Assembly (NCBI RefSeq): GCF_002113885.1
Contig: NW_018408747.1
Coordinates: 59,655 to 123,654, forward strand
DNA: 64,000 bases
Reading direction: 5' to 3'
Source of the DNA: Mizuhopecten yessoensis
Lineage: Eukaryota
Part shown: piece after piece, positions 52,655-64,000 of the stretch
How the letters are laid out: each line of letters opens with the position of its first letter
Numbering within the stretch: position 1 is the stretch's first letter
Notes under the pieces: model-generated
The model's input: only the letters and a program-made list of their open reading frames with translations
Told to the model about the DNA's origin: nothing
Database searches by the model: none
Made by a program: the position numbers and the translations under genes

Positions 52655-53726
52655 ATTGTTCTATGCTGATAATAATGTATTGTAGTATATATAAACCAAA
52701 GCGATATCTCAGGTGATTTAGCTTGCAAGTCTTACTCGAATATTATAATTATGAAATTAGTTAAACAGACATGCATTTATGTGTTATAAGATATCGTAGG
52801 TTTGTATATAGACTGCTTATGATGATTATCAGAGTTTGGTGACTGTCTTTATGCAGTTTGAATTTCTGGCAATTTAATATGTTTCATGCCAGGAAACACT
52901 TGGGGTCGTTATTATTATAATTGAAGTTTTAACTCAGTCTCTTGTAATCCATCTCCTTCATTCTTCAAAATAGTTATCATGTAAAAACATTTGCCAATGA
53001 ATATCTATACATACCTTTGTATGTATTTTCTGGTTTGGAGAAGACTTTAATATTGTGCAGTCATTTTTATTTCTTAATAAAATTTGTTGAAATTTAAGAA
53101 ATTCTTCTGGTTGTGATGGATCTACGAATCATCTTTGCAAGATATTTATATATAATATGAACTCATATGAATTCATTATGATACAAATCCAGCTGTTACG
53201 CGAAAAAGGAAATAAATTAATAAATCATAAATATATAAACTTCAAATCGACCAGCAAACCAACGACATGAAAAGAAAAGGAAATTTATTGATGCAACTAG
53301 TTATGGCAATTGCAATGAACATGGACCACCTTTTAATTAATGGTTGTAGATTCATTTATATATGAATACAGATGAATTGATATCTATGTAATATAATGGT
53401 GACATGGTACTGTTAGTGTATTTATTTTAGCGCACCCTATTTCAGCGGAACGAAGATGGAATGACTTATTAGCGCACTTTTAAATTAGTGGAATCGCAGT
53501 AACTAAACTCCTTTATTCAGCAATTTGTTTTAATTTTCTATAAAATTGGCAAACTGAGTGTATAACGAATTGAATGCCGAGTGAGGTACAACCGCTGAAT
53601 ACCTTGGAACAAAAAAACAGTCTTTCCTTCACGTATGTATGCCATTGAGCTGTTGCCAGTAACTGTCGAGTGAAACCCTACACGTATGGTATGGATACCA
53701 TGTGCTTTGTGGTCTGATTTTAGCAG

Positions 53727-54763
53727 AGGCACTGTAGTCCAGTGATAGGACACCGGGCTCATACACGAAGGGTTGCGGGTTCGAGTCACGTCACGGCAAT
53801 GCTTCATTAAGGATATATCAGACACAATGTTAAAACTTGGAATACACTCGTTCTTTCTTAAATGTGTTCATGCAGTTCAAGATAATGGAAGCTCTTTGTG
53901 AAAAAACATTACAGAACAGTTTTATTGCCATGAATGGTGTTGTGAATGATTGTACAATGTGCTACTAAGTCATTTTAAGTGTATACATCCGTATATGGGC
54001 CCCAACCCTCTGAGGGAATTGAGCTTGAAATATCCAAAACTGACATGGACACTTGCAGAATTAGTAAAGCTCTCATATCGGACAGGGGCTGATTGTGTAA
54101 TTTGTAAACTGTGCCGTAAATCAACAGCCAACATAGCAGCAGTTGGGATAAGCTTTTAGAGCATGTTGTAAATACGCTAAAGGTTGTTGATTATGTTAAA
54201 ATTGATATGTTGGAAGAAGACGATCAGTACCTGTTTCTCTTAGGTAGTAGAGAATGGTGATGGAAATAGATGATGATGGATGGGAGAACTGCATCATCGG
54301 ATTTGCACGCTGTGTAGAGCACATGCTTTCTAAAGTTAACATTTGTCGTGGTAAGTAAATCTCAATTTTTGAGAGGTCAGTTATACTGACCAATATAGTG
54401 TGTAAATAATCTGCAGTGTTGATAACAATATGACATGTATATACCATGTTTTCTATAATTGAAAAGAGCTAATTATTGTAAAAGTTCACTTATGTAAGAC
54501 ATGTAATCTCTATTTGGAGGAAATAAAGGATGTGCTCGTCTGTCTGTCGTGGTTGGGCAGTGCTGGAATTGTGGAATGCTACATGTAGCTGTGAGCGCCG
54601 AAATGGCAGCATCAGCTGTATGCTCTTCAGGGAGTTGAGAAAGATATTGGCTGGTTGCATAGGCCCCATAACCACGGATGATAATTTGTGAACCGCTTTG
54701 AGACGACCTACGAACTAGGTTGTGTTAAAGCGGTAAATAAAGAACATCGAATTATTATTATTA
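53727..54763 (+). mobile_element. CORE-type SINE copy interrupted by ~750 bp of unrelated sequence (53798-54548)
   Basis: Head matches 22089-22160 and tail matches 22230-22437; the middle is replaced. Confidence 0.7.
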
Positions 54764-55614
54764 TTTTAGCTTTCGAGCTTGAGCAGGTACTTGTATTCGC
54801 GGACATGATGTAGCGCGAAAGCCGCTAAAATTACATTACCGCCAAAATATGTACATATATCTCAATAGGAAATAGTTGCGACTTTACTCTGCAACTCTTG
54901 ATCTAATGATACCTTTAATTACTTTAAACTGTAAAGAGTTATTATGTTCTTAGCATGAGTGCAAAATTATGTTGATCTTCGTAAATTACAAATATCAAGT
55001 ATGCATCTAGCAACATTTGTGCTTATGTTGATAAGTGTGATATCAGCGACCTGATTACTTTTAAGGTTTGCACACTTTCGGATCGGACTTGATTATATAC
55101 AATGTGATTAATTTTCAGCTATAGGCGTAGAAAACTCGTGCACATCTGGATATTCTCGATTTGCTGTATACCGATTGATGCTGCGATTACAGCCGGAGTG
55201 TGGCGAGTGACTTAAACAGGTATGAATCCTTGGTAGTTTAATACTGTGTTAACACAGATGGTCGCTATTATCTATGTGATTCAAATCTGTCCTATGGCCA
55301 TTATCCCCCTTTTTGCTTGAATACAAAATGAGTATGCATAGCATTTATCGATTTATGTATACCTATACATACATGTGTATGTATTTCCTAGCAAAGAGAT
55401 GCTTGATTTATTGTCAAGTCTTTTTTAGTGCTTAATAAAATTTGCATTAATATGCATTCCGTATATTTATACATTTTAAGCAGAGCTGGTACGACTATGT
55501 CATTGTGTGAATTTATACATGAATATTTATAAGGAAATATTAGACCGGAACACACAACGGTAGGAACAGAAACAGAAATCTCTTTAAAGCGTATTGATGT
55601 AAGCCAGCTAGAAC

Positions 55615-55845
55615 AACTCTGTAGGTGGCGCAGTTGATAGGGCACTCGTCTTTCACCAAGGCGATGGGGTTCAATTCCCCGATCGGACGTGATGAGACAT
55701 TGGGTCAACTACTCGGCAACGTGTGTTTTTTCCGGGAACTCAAGTTTCCTCCCACACTTCGACTCCCTGAGCGCTTTCGTCTGGGCCAAAAAGAGTGTTT
55801 ATTACTCGTTACACATTTGTTGTAAACAAACTAAAAATTAATTAA
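55615..55845 (+). mobile_element. V-type tRNA-derived SINE (third segmental copy)
   Basis: tggcgcagttgatag, ggttcaattcc, ttttccgggaactcaagtttcctcccac. Confidence 0.75.
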
Positions 55846-57694
55846 AACACTTTCTTAAAGCGAACAACAACAATTGTATTTATGGCCCAGTTGTACGTTT
55901 GATATTTTTTATGACAGACACAAACTGAACTGTAATAAACATCATCTTCCTCATCCCATCTCTCTTATATTTGCAAACAAAATAACGAATAGTATCTTGC
56001 CAAACGAAGAAAGGCTGCAATACCTTATAAAATGTTTGTTCAAACTCTTCATAAGCTGTAATTTCGAACCAAGTAAGTGTTGTTTTTTCATACGTCAATA
56101 TGTGCCTTTGTTTAAAAGCATACATTTCGCCTTTCCGCGATAGGGAACGAAATAATCAGCAAAAGCCTCGGGTTCGACAATTAAAACATCACCTCTCAGG
56201 TTGGAATCATCTATGTTGTTTTCTTTGGCATTGGGTTCAGCAGAGCAATTTCAATGCCCCTTTAAAAGTAGAAGAAAACACCCGATTCCGCAGGTTGCCA
56301 CACATCAGTCGCCTCTTACGATAACATGCTATGGCATTAAGCAGGCCTATTTTCCCCCATAGTTACAAGACTGGATATCTTCGCCACACCTTCAAGGAAG
56401 TTTAGATCATATTAATCTAAATTAGAAGTAAAGGATCGGAGAAGTATCTTATTTTCCATCTGAATAGCCCGTTTTCATTTCGCTTAATAAAAATGGAAAA
56501 ATAGAACACTTGGACTATAAAAATGGTATATAGTGTTGAAATATGATGGCATAATTCCATGAGTGTTCATTGAAAAAATTGTATCTTTTTTTCATTTGAA
56601 AATAGGCATATATTTCACACTTCTTACTTACCATAACAGATTGTGTATAAGATTATCAATGTTAGAATATGGATAATTTAAAAACGAAAAATTGAAGAAA
56701 GTATACTAATGCTGGTTTGCTTTTTCTTTAGATTATATAGTGAATACAGTTTTCAAATTACTGAATCTAAAATTTGTCAATTCAATACTGCAAGCGAGGT
56801 GAAATTTAAAACCCCGCTCTCTGCCCTTTTTTATTTCTTCAATTTTCAAATTTACAACAGAGCGATTCAAAGGGGCAAGCTCAACTTGTCAATAATATTG
56901 CTAACATTTCAAATGGGAAAACACTTGCTTCGTTACATATCTGTTCAATAGTGTTACTAAGATAAAAATATATTTAAAAACAAATGTTTTACATCGTGAA
57001 ACAATACCAAAGGGTTATAAAACCAAGCATTAAGTTATAATTAGATCCAACTAAACACAAATAAAAGTAATGGGCCTATGCGTCATCTAGAACATGCTAA
57101 CTACTTACACCTGATTACGTGTACAGGTAGTTACAACTAAGCGAAGTCTGGATATAACAATTATTAATAGATCATTAATTCTATCAGGTGTTCAAACCAA
57201 ATGATTGCGTTTTGGTAAAACAGTTCCGCACGATCTGACCAGACCAATTCAAGGACCTAGCATGTGCAGACTTCCGTCTCATGTTCCATAAATAGACCCT
57301 AGTCTTTAGTTCTCTGCACCACTTCTCCTGATCCACCACCAGTGCCTCTGGACTCAGTTATGCTTTGCATATATTAATGGGGGAAAAAGGGAAAAAAAGG
57401 TCCGCAATGACACCATACGATATATGAGAGAGATCTGTTGAGCAGAAACATAGCATGTACAACATATATCTTTACAAGTATCCTGGACGTTGATAGCCAG
57501 TTGGCGCATAGTTTGTTTTTGGTAAATCAGTCCAATAAGAGCCAACGATGGTTTACGAAAGTTGATCATTCATTTGTTGGAACCTTGTTAGTCTAAATGT
57601 TTGGTTCGTTAAAATATAAAAAGTGATCCGTTCCTTCCTATCGTTAATTTTATTTAACTTTACATTATATAGGTATTCCTTTCAGAACAGTACA

Positions 57695-58450
57695 ATGAAC
57701 ACCTTTATCTGTGTGCGTTTGGCTTCATGCCTCTTGGTCGCTGTAACCGCTGCAGGTAAGCATATCTTTGCAAAATAATTATATTTGTTTTCAGGAAAAT
57801 AAGACACAAGTTGTTCAAAACTTATTTACGATAACTGTTAAACCGTTATATTAGAAACAGGGTCCGTTATCAATTTATTTATTTATGTTGATTCTATGAA
57901 TTATCAGTATGGATATCCAAATCCTAATGTAACAAAACATACCTTATACCTAAGTAAGGGGTGTTCTATGAAAATAAGTGTATGACATGATTTGACAATC
58001 CTTCGAATAGCACATATACTTAATGAAAAACAAAAAATTGTATTCAATAATCAACTGCAAATGCGTCATAATAAGTATATTTTACTGACAGGCTATGGAG
58101 GTGGACCTGAAAACGGAAAAGGTAACGGAAATGGATACGGAAATGGCGCCGGAAATGGAACGGCAATGGCGCCGGAAATGGTAACGGCAATGGCGCCGGA
58201 AATGGATAGGACATTGGCGCTGTAAAAAGTGGATTCGAAGGTAGACGTAAGATTGTATCTATTAAAATAATAAATGGAATATCTGATGAGAAAAGGGTAA
58301 TGATAAACTTGTATATTTAAATATCTACATAGAACATATTTTATGACGACAATTTACAAGTATGCCGTTATAAAATTTTGTAAATAACAATATTTTATGC
58401 ATATGATTGATTTCTATCCTAGCATTTGTTTTTCGCTTTTAGGTTACTAG
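57695..58450 (+). pseudogene. Abductin-family Gly/Asn gene E, pseudogene
   Basis: Signal exon 57695-57755 (Arg in the hydrophobic core). Gly/Asn exon 58092-58246 is 155 nt, with a 1-nt deletion near 58159 and a TAG in the corrected frame. Terminal exon 58443-58450. TATA mutated to CATAAATA (57287). Confidence 0.85.
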
Positions 58451-58502
58451 ATGACTGGCCTATTTGTTTGACATTTCAATTAATTATAGCATAGATTAAA
58501 AA

Positions 58503-60140
58503 TAAATGACCAGTGAAGTGGCAATTGTGGCTACGCTGTAAGCGTATTTACAATAGTTGTTATATATACTTAAATGACTCGATTCAGCTACGCTTTGTTG
58601 TATTTGAGCACCCTCGTCTCGAATTAGAATTTGCCCACTGCGGCGTATCCAGATGGCTTTCTTTATTTGCCGCTCTCTCTGTCTCTATACCAGTCAATCA
58701 CATGATTCCTCTGTGTGGCATGTTCTGTGATTGTCGATTTATTTATCTGGGACTCCGACTGTTTCCTTTCTGATCTGGCGAATTTCCTGCCTTCTTGGGT
58801 TTCTGTATCTTTGCGGTGTTCACAAAGGCGGACCCCCAACACGCCTTCCAGTCTTTCCGATTTTGTATACGCATTCTGCGATGTTTTATTAAGGTGTTTT
58901 ATCCTTCGGGTGTACAAGGATATTGCGAAGCGTCTTGTGGGGCTTCATGTCTGTTTCTTTGCCATTACCGCGATATCTCCTCTAGATGGTTTCGGATATA
59001 TCCTTTATACGCGGGATGACCACTTGACCTTTGCTTTTGTTCTTATCCTTGATTGGCATCTACTTGTTCTTCCCATCATTTTGACACTGTTTTTGTACCC
59101 GTGCTATGGCCCCTTCCGGATATGATATGCACACGTTCTCATTGACCCAGCGATATGAATATACTCTTGTGTTTTGTCCTGTTGTTCTGTGACTATTGTA
59201 TCACATCTATTGAGCAATGTCCGTACGACGCCTAACTTCTGGTGCAAAGGATGGTGACATTTGAAGTTCAGGTATTGGTCTGCATGGGTCTTTTTTCCTT
59301 AGACCAATACCTTCACGGTTCCGTCTTCTTTTTTTACCAGTAGAGTGTCTAGGAAGGGCATTGCGTTGGTTTCTGTTTCTTCCTCACTTGTAAATTTGTT
59401 GTTGTCAGTGGCATCTATGGTGTTGATAATTGGGGTCAAATCTTTCTGTGAACGCCTTCTTGATTATCTTAAGTATGTCGTCAACATATCGTTTCCATAA
59501 GCTAGGCTTGCATTCTATGGGGGCAGTGTCTAATGCTTCTTTCTCCAGATGTTCCATGAACAAATTGGTCACAATGGGAGACACTGAACTACCCATAGCA
59601 GTGCCGAAGCGTTGTTGATCGATGTTTTTTCGAAAACTAAAATATGTTGTTGTCAGCACAAATTCGAGCAAATCCATGATGTCCTGAATCTTGAGGTTAG
59701 TGTTTTTGCGCCAGGATCTGTCTAATTCAAAGCGATTCCGAATGATTCAGTCAATGCGTCGTCAATGGATGTGTTGGTAAGAGAGACAACATCACGTGAA
59801 ATGAATTCTTCGTCTTCCTGAATCATGATGGAAGACATAGCTTCCGCTAGGGCTCCAAGACTCTTGCACATCTATGACCAAGAATTAAACAAAGCGTAGC
59901 TGTATCGAGTCATTTCGGTACATATATAACAAATTTTGAGCATACGCTTACAGCGAGCCGAAATCAACATCGATTTTGTGGACAACACGTACACATGTTA
60001 CACCTTTGTGTGCATACGCTTCACTGGTCATTTGTCTGATGAAGGTAATAGTGTACATATCGTACTAGTCATCGAAACGTCACATAGAAATTGTATTGGT
60101 TGTGTAAAAGGAACTTTTCATAATCCATACTTACCAACCT
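58503..60140 (-). mobile_element. Penelope-like retroelement, 5'-truncated (RT + GIY-YIG remnant) with inverted terminal copy
   Basis: Minus strand YFSF...QQRFGTAMGSSVSPIVTNLFMEHLE...WKRYVDD; VRLCEHRKD...KSTITEHATQRNHVIDW. Segment 58503-58605 is an inverted repeat of ~59885-60035. Confidence 0.88.
60030..60086 (+). ncRNA. Minimal type-I hammerhead ribozyme motif, degenerate
   Basis: TGT-CTGATGA(60036-60042)-imperfect stem II-GAAA(60074-60077)-CG-TC-ACA; palindromic ACGT helix III; lies in the Penelope terminal repeat. Confidence 0.55.
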
Positions 60141-60171
60141 GAAGAAAATATTTAGAAAAATTAAGATAAGT

Positions 60172-61287
60172 CCTCTACATATAGAGCTACCCGTGACTAA
60201 GGTTAGTCGTTTATATGTGGGGCTAGTAGTGACTAAGGTTAGTCGTACACATATGGAGCTAGTAGTGACTAAGGTTCGTCGTCCACATATGGAGCTAGAC
60301 GTGGTCTACAAAGGGAGCTACACGTAACTAAGGTTAGACGTCTACATATGGAGCTAGTAGTGAACTCCGTTAGTCGTGTACATATGGAGCTAATAGTGAC
60401 TAAGGGTAGTCGTTTACATATAGTGCTAGTAGTGACTTACGTTAGTAGTCTGCATATGGCGCCAGTAGTGACTTACGTTTTTCGTCTACATATGGAGCTA
60501 ATAGTGACTAAGGTTAGTCGTTTACATATGGTGCTAGTAGTGACTAATGTTAGTCGTCTACATATTGTGCTAGTAGTGATTAAGGTTAGTCGTCTACATA
60601 TGGAGCTAGTCGTGGTATACAAAGGGAGCTACACGTAACTAAGGTTAGTCGTCTACATATGGAGCTAATAGTGACTAAGGTTAGTCGTCTACATATTGTG
60701 GTAGTAGTGACTAAGGTTAGTCGTCTACATATTGTGCTAGTAGTGATTAAGGTTAGTCGTCTATATATGGTGCTAGTAGTGACCAACGTTAGTCGTCTTC
60801 ATATGGCGCTGGTGAGACTTATGTAAGTCATCTACATATGGCGCTAGTAGTGACTAACGTTTGTTGTCTACATATGGTTCTGGTAGAGACTAAGGTAAGT
60901 CGTCTACATATGGTGCTAGTAGTGACTTACGTTAGTAATCTGCATATGGCGCTAGTAGTGACTTACGTTAGTCGTCTACATATGGCGCCAGTATTGACTT
61001 ACGTTTTTCGTCTACATATCGTGCTAGTAGAGACTAAGGTTAGTTATCTACATACGGCGCTAGTAGTGACTTAGGTAAGACGTCTACACATGGTGCTAGT
61101 AGTGACCTACGTTAGTCGTCTACATATGGCGCTAGTAGTGACTAAGGTTAGTCGTCTACATATGGCGCTAGTAGTGACCTACGTTAGTCGTCTACATATG
61201 GAGCTAATGAGACCTTTGTAAGTCATCTACATATGGCGCTAGAAGTGACCTACGTTTTTCGTATACATATGGTGTTGGTAGAGACTA
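60172..61287. repeat. 36-bp minisatellite, about 30 copies
   Basis: Unit gtgactaaggttagtcgtctacatatggtgctagta with an internal GACTAA-gg-TTAGTC palindrome; gives 12-aa periodic ORFs. Confidence 0.92.
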
Positions 61288-61662
61288 TTTTCTGACGTCA
61301 TTTTGCAAATATTCCAATACACCACATGGAATCTATTATGAAAAATATTTATATATTTTAGCAAAGTGTAGAGGATATATGATGAAGGGCTTCTAGCGTT
61401 TTTAGAATATTTTCATCTGTTTGATATATTGGAACGAATATGCATGTGCGTAAACATGTCTTCAAATATTTTGACTTGCAGAAATGTATGGTACATATAT
61501 GCTCGATGAACGAACAATATTATGCATTTACATCTTATCGGTGCCGTTAAGTATAATAGGAACTGAAATTATTAACATTTGAAACATTATAGTTTGGTTA
61601 CTGAGCGAGTAACATTTACGATACAAATAAGCCTTTATTGAAGTTATTTTTTTTAGTTTCAG

Positions 61663-62043
61663 ACATTTCGCAGAAGAAAAACAATAATAGATGAAAGCAA
61701 AGATTCGTGGACTTCTCCATTATGACGTCAGATCCGGACATCCGCTGGGAAAGGGAGATTACCCCGATCAGACGGCAGAGTCGTATCGTCAAGTTGTGCA
61801 AAATGCGGCTTCGTTGTTAAAAGTTGGTGGTCATTTTGTTGTTTTGGGTCTCCTTAACAACATTCATTATGATGTTGGACGTTTCAAATTAATGTGTGTT
61901 TCATTGTTGCAAGATGGAATTGAAAATATATACAGAACTTGCAGATTCCGCATAATCAATATCACTCGAAAGGCGAGGAAGACAACTGAAAACCAAGGAC
62001 GTGCAGTGAAAGCTTTGCGACACATGCCGCCAAGACAATATAG
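61663..62043 (+). pseudogene. NNMT/INMT-family methyltransferase exon 3 relic (unit 4)
   Basis: Acceptor at 61662, in-frame TAA TAG at 61685-61690, internal deletion of the FDVITTCLCFESAA motif, C-terminal frameshift. Exons 1 and 2 are not seen. Confidence 0.85.
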
Positions 62044-64000
62044 ATTGTTCTTTGCTGAGTATGATGTATTGAGAAAATGTAAAGACAAGTTGAGAGTAGA
62101 CTAATTCTTACTTCTAGGTTGGATTTTAGTGCACTAGACTTATACTAGTAGTGCATACACTTGTGGTGCACTACTACTGTACAGGTGATGCCAAGTAGGT
62201 ACTTATGATTTTACATGTATTGTACAGGTATGTTACCTCCCATATATATTTGTAGTCATTTGAAGGGTTATGTAGTCTTTTATACTTAAAGATAAAAAAT
62301 AATTCATCTTACAGGTATACGTTTTTGTAATAAAGGGATTATAGTATGTACAGTCGTATGCTAGTCAGATGAATGTATTCAAATTATATAGTGGAATAAT
62401 CAGGTGAATGTAAATTTAATGATTGAAAAGTGTACAATACAAGTGTCCATCGAATCCTTATTTCAAATGAGTTGTTCAGAATAGTATATTAAATAGATAT
62501 ATAGCTATCCTGTTTTTTATGTAAGATCGAGGCGACTTGCTTTGATTTGTCTGAAAGTAATTTAATGTATTGCTTGAAATGTAATATTGAAGGGGAAGGG
62601 TTCACTATTACCAGAAATGTGTCTGCTTTAAACTGTTTCGATGGGAATTAATCTTCTTTGCTTCAATATAGCTATTATTATATATATTACATTCATAAAC
62701 GTATTTGTATATATAAACATGTTACTTGGCTAGGAAAACACTAAAACATTGTCTGTTCATTATGATTTTTTTATAAAATATGTCGAAATATAAAGAAGAA
62801 TTCTTGTTGTGGAAGATATAAATCAACACTTATGCAAGATATATGGAAGAATATGCAGTCAACGTACATAATGTATTAATAAATTTAGATTCCGCCAATC
62901 TGTAACACTTCTATTTCCATGTGAAAAAGGAAAAAAATTAGTAAATATTAGTAAATATTAGTCTTGAAAACAACGTCAGGAACAGAAACGAGAATAACTT
63001 CACACAATTTTGATGACACTTTAAGATAGAACAATTCTGGCAAAGTAGTTTAATGGTGAATTGGCTACACTTTTTCAGTTAAAACTGATAATTATGATAA
63101 ACCCTTGTGTATATGGTATGTAAACTACATAAGATGATAGGCGGTTATATAAGTATAAATGTAAGTTTTTGCATAATATTGATTTTGCATTCCGAATCAT
63201 ACCGTTCAGGTTCATCGTTTCGCACATAACCTTGATTTAATTGATGATGATGCAATCAAAAGAAAGATAACTGGGATTTTTAGTCTCCTCTTATCAAACT
63301 AACACACTGTCATAAATCAGAACTATTTCAAAAATAAAAAAATCTTTTAAAACTGTCAACCTTCGTAGGAACATCATCAAAACAGGTGTGCTGCACATGC
63401 TCACTGATTACAACGTCATGTCTGTGTCTTTTTATAGTTCTTAATAAAACAATAGCGTTCCTTTCTATTTCAGAGGATTGTAAATATATAATAAGTCTCA
63501 TATCTAAGAAGTACAAACGAACAAAGGATAAAGATTTATGATTTTATTGCAATGTTTTTGTCTCAACAATGCTTCATCAACTGTCATAGTAGTCTCTCCT
63601 TAGTATTTACCACCTAAAACAAGATATAAGGTACATGTATAAATAATCGGATTGTGCACATTCAGTAAAACCTTAGCAGTTAGGTATTGTTTTGAAGCTA
63701 TTGTTGTTTGTATTTCGTATGTATTTGTTTCTTATTTTTAACACTTAATTCATTATTACAATTCTAAAAATGGAAACAGCCAATATATACATATAGCTAA
63801 TGCTGTTCATACATTTCGAAACTTGATTTCAATTCAAATGTATTTTGTTTTAATCTGATGATCAACATGCGGCGCAATCACATGTCAAATTCACATCATA
63901 ATTCTTTTTTTTAGAGAGAAATATTAAAAAGATACTTATTTTGAAAATCCAGTTTGAAAACAAATTAGTTTGAACGTATTTATAAGTATAAGTATTATAT

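Noticed and set aside
60172-61287. 36-bp and 42-bp arrays as CRISPR-like arrays or repeat-protein genes
   Set aside because: Units are head-to-tail with no unique spacers and no cas genes, in a eukaryotic context. The ORFs simply reflect unit lengths divisible by 3.
61691-62104. 137-aa ORF as a functional methyltransferase
   Set aside because: It is exon 3 only, preceded by in-frame stops, lacks SAM motif I and the TCLCFE motif, and is frameshifted at the end.

Overview
This is AT-rich eukaryotic genomic DNA, most likely from a scallop (pectinid bivalve); that assignment is inferred from the abductin genes and bivalve-type SINEs. The window holds an abductin (hinge-ligament elastomer) gene cluster. 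A long canonical Gly/Met abductin gene lies on the minus strand (CDS 8871->6774). It sits head-to-head with four tandem ~12.5-13.5 kb units on the plus strand, each pairing an abductin-family gene with an NNMT/INMT/PNMT-family methyltransferase gene. Units 1 and 2 encode a two-domain precursor: signal peptide, Gly/Asn/Tyr repeat domain, RYRR convertase site on a 15-nt micro-exon, then a Gly/Met abductin domain ending KGY. Unit 3 encodes the Gly/Asn/Tyr peptide alone and carries the only ORF-intact methyltransferase; both genes of unit 4 are pseudogenes. Interspersed are a Gmr1-type (integrase before RT) gypsy LTR element inserted in a SINE, a Penelope-like element with an inverted terminal copy and hammerhead motif, L1/Tx1 and CR1-like LINE fragments, HINE-type elements, tRNA-derived SINEs and three minisatellites. 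Short duplications flanking isolated 'n' bases look like assembly artefacts. All gene models were derived by eye and have no transcript support.
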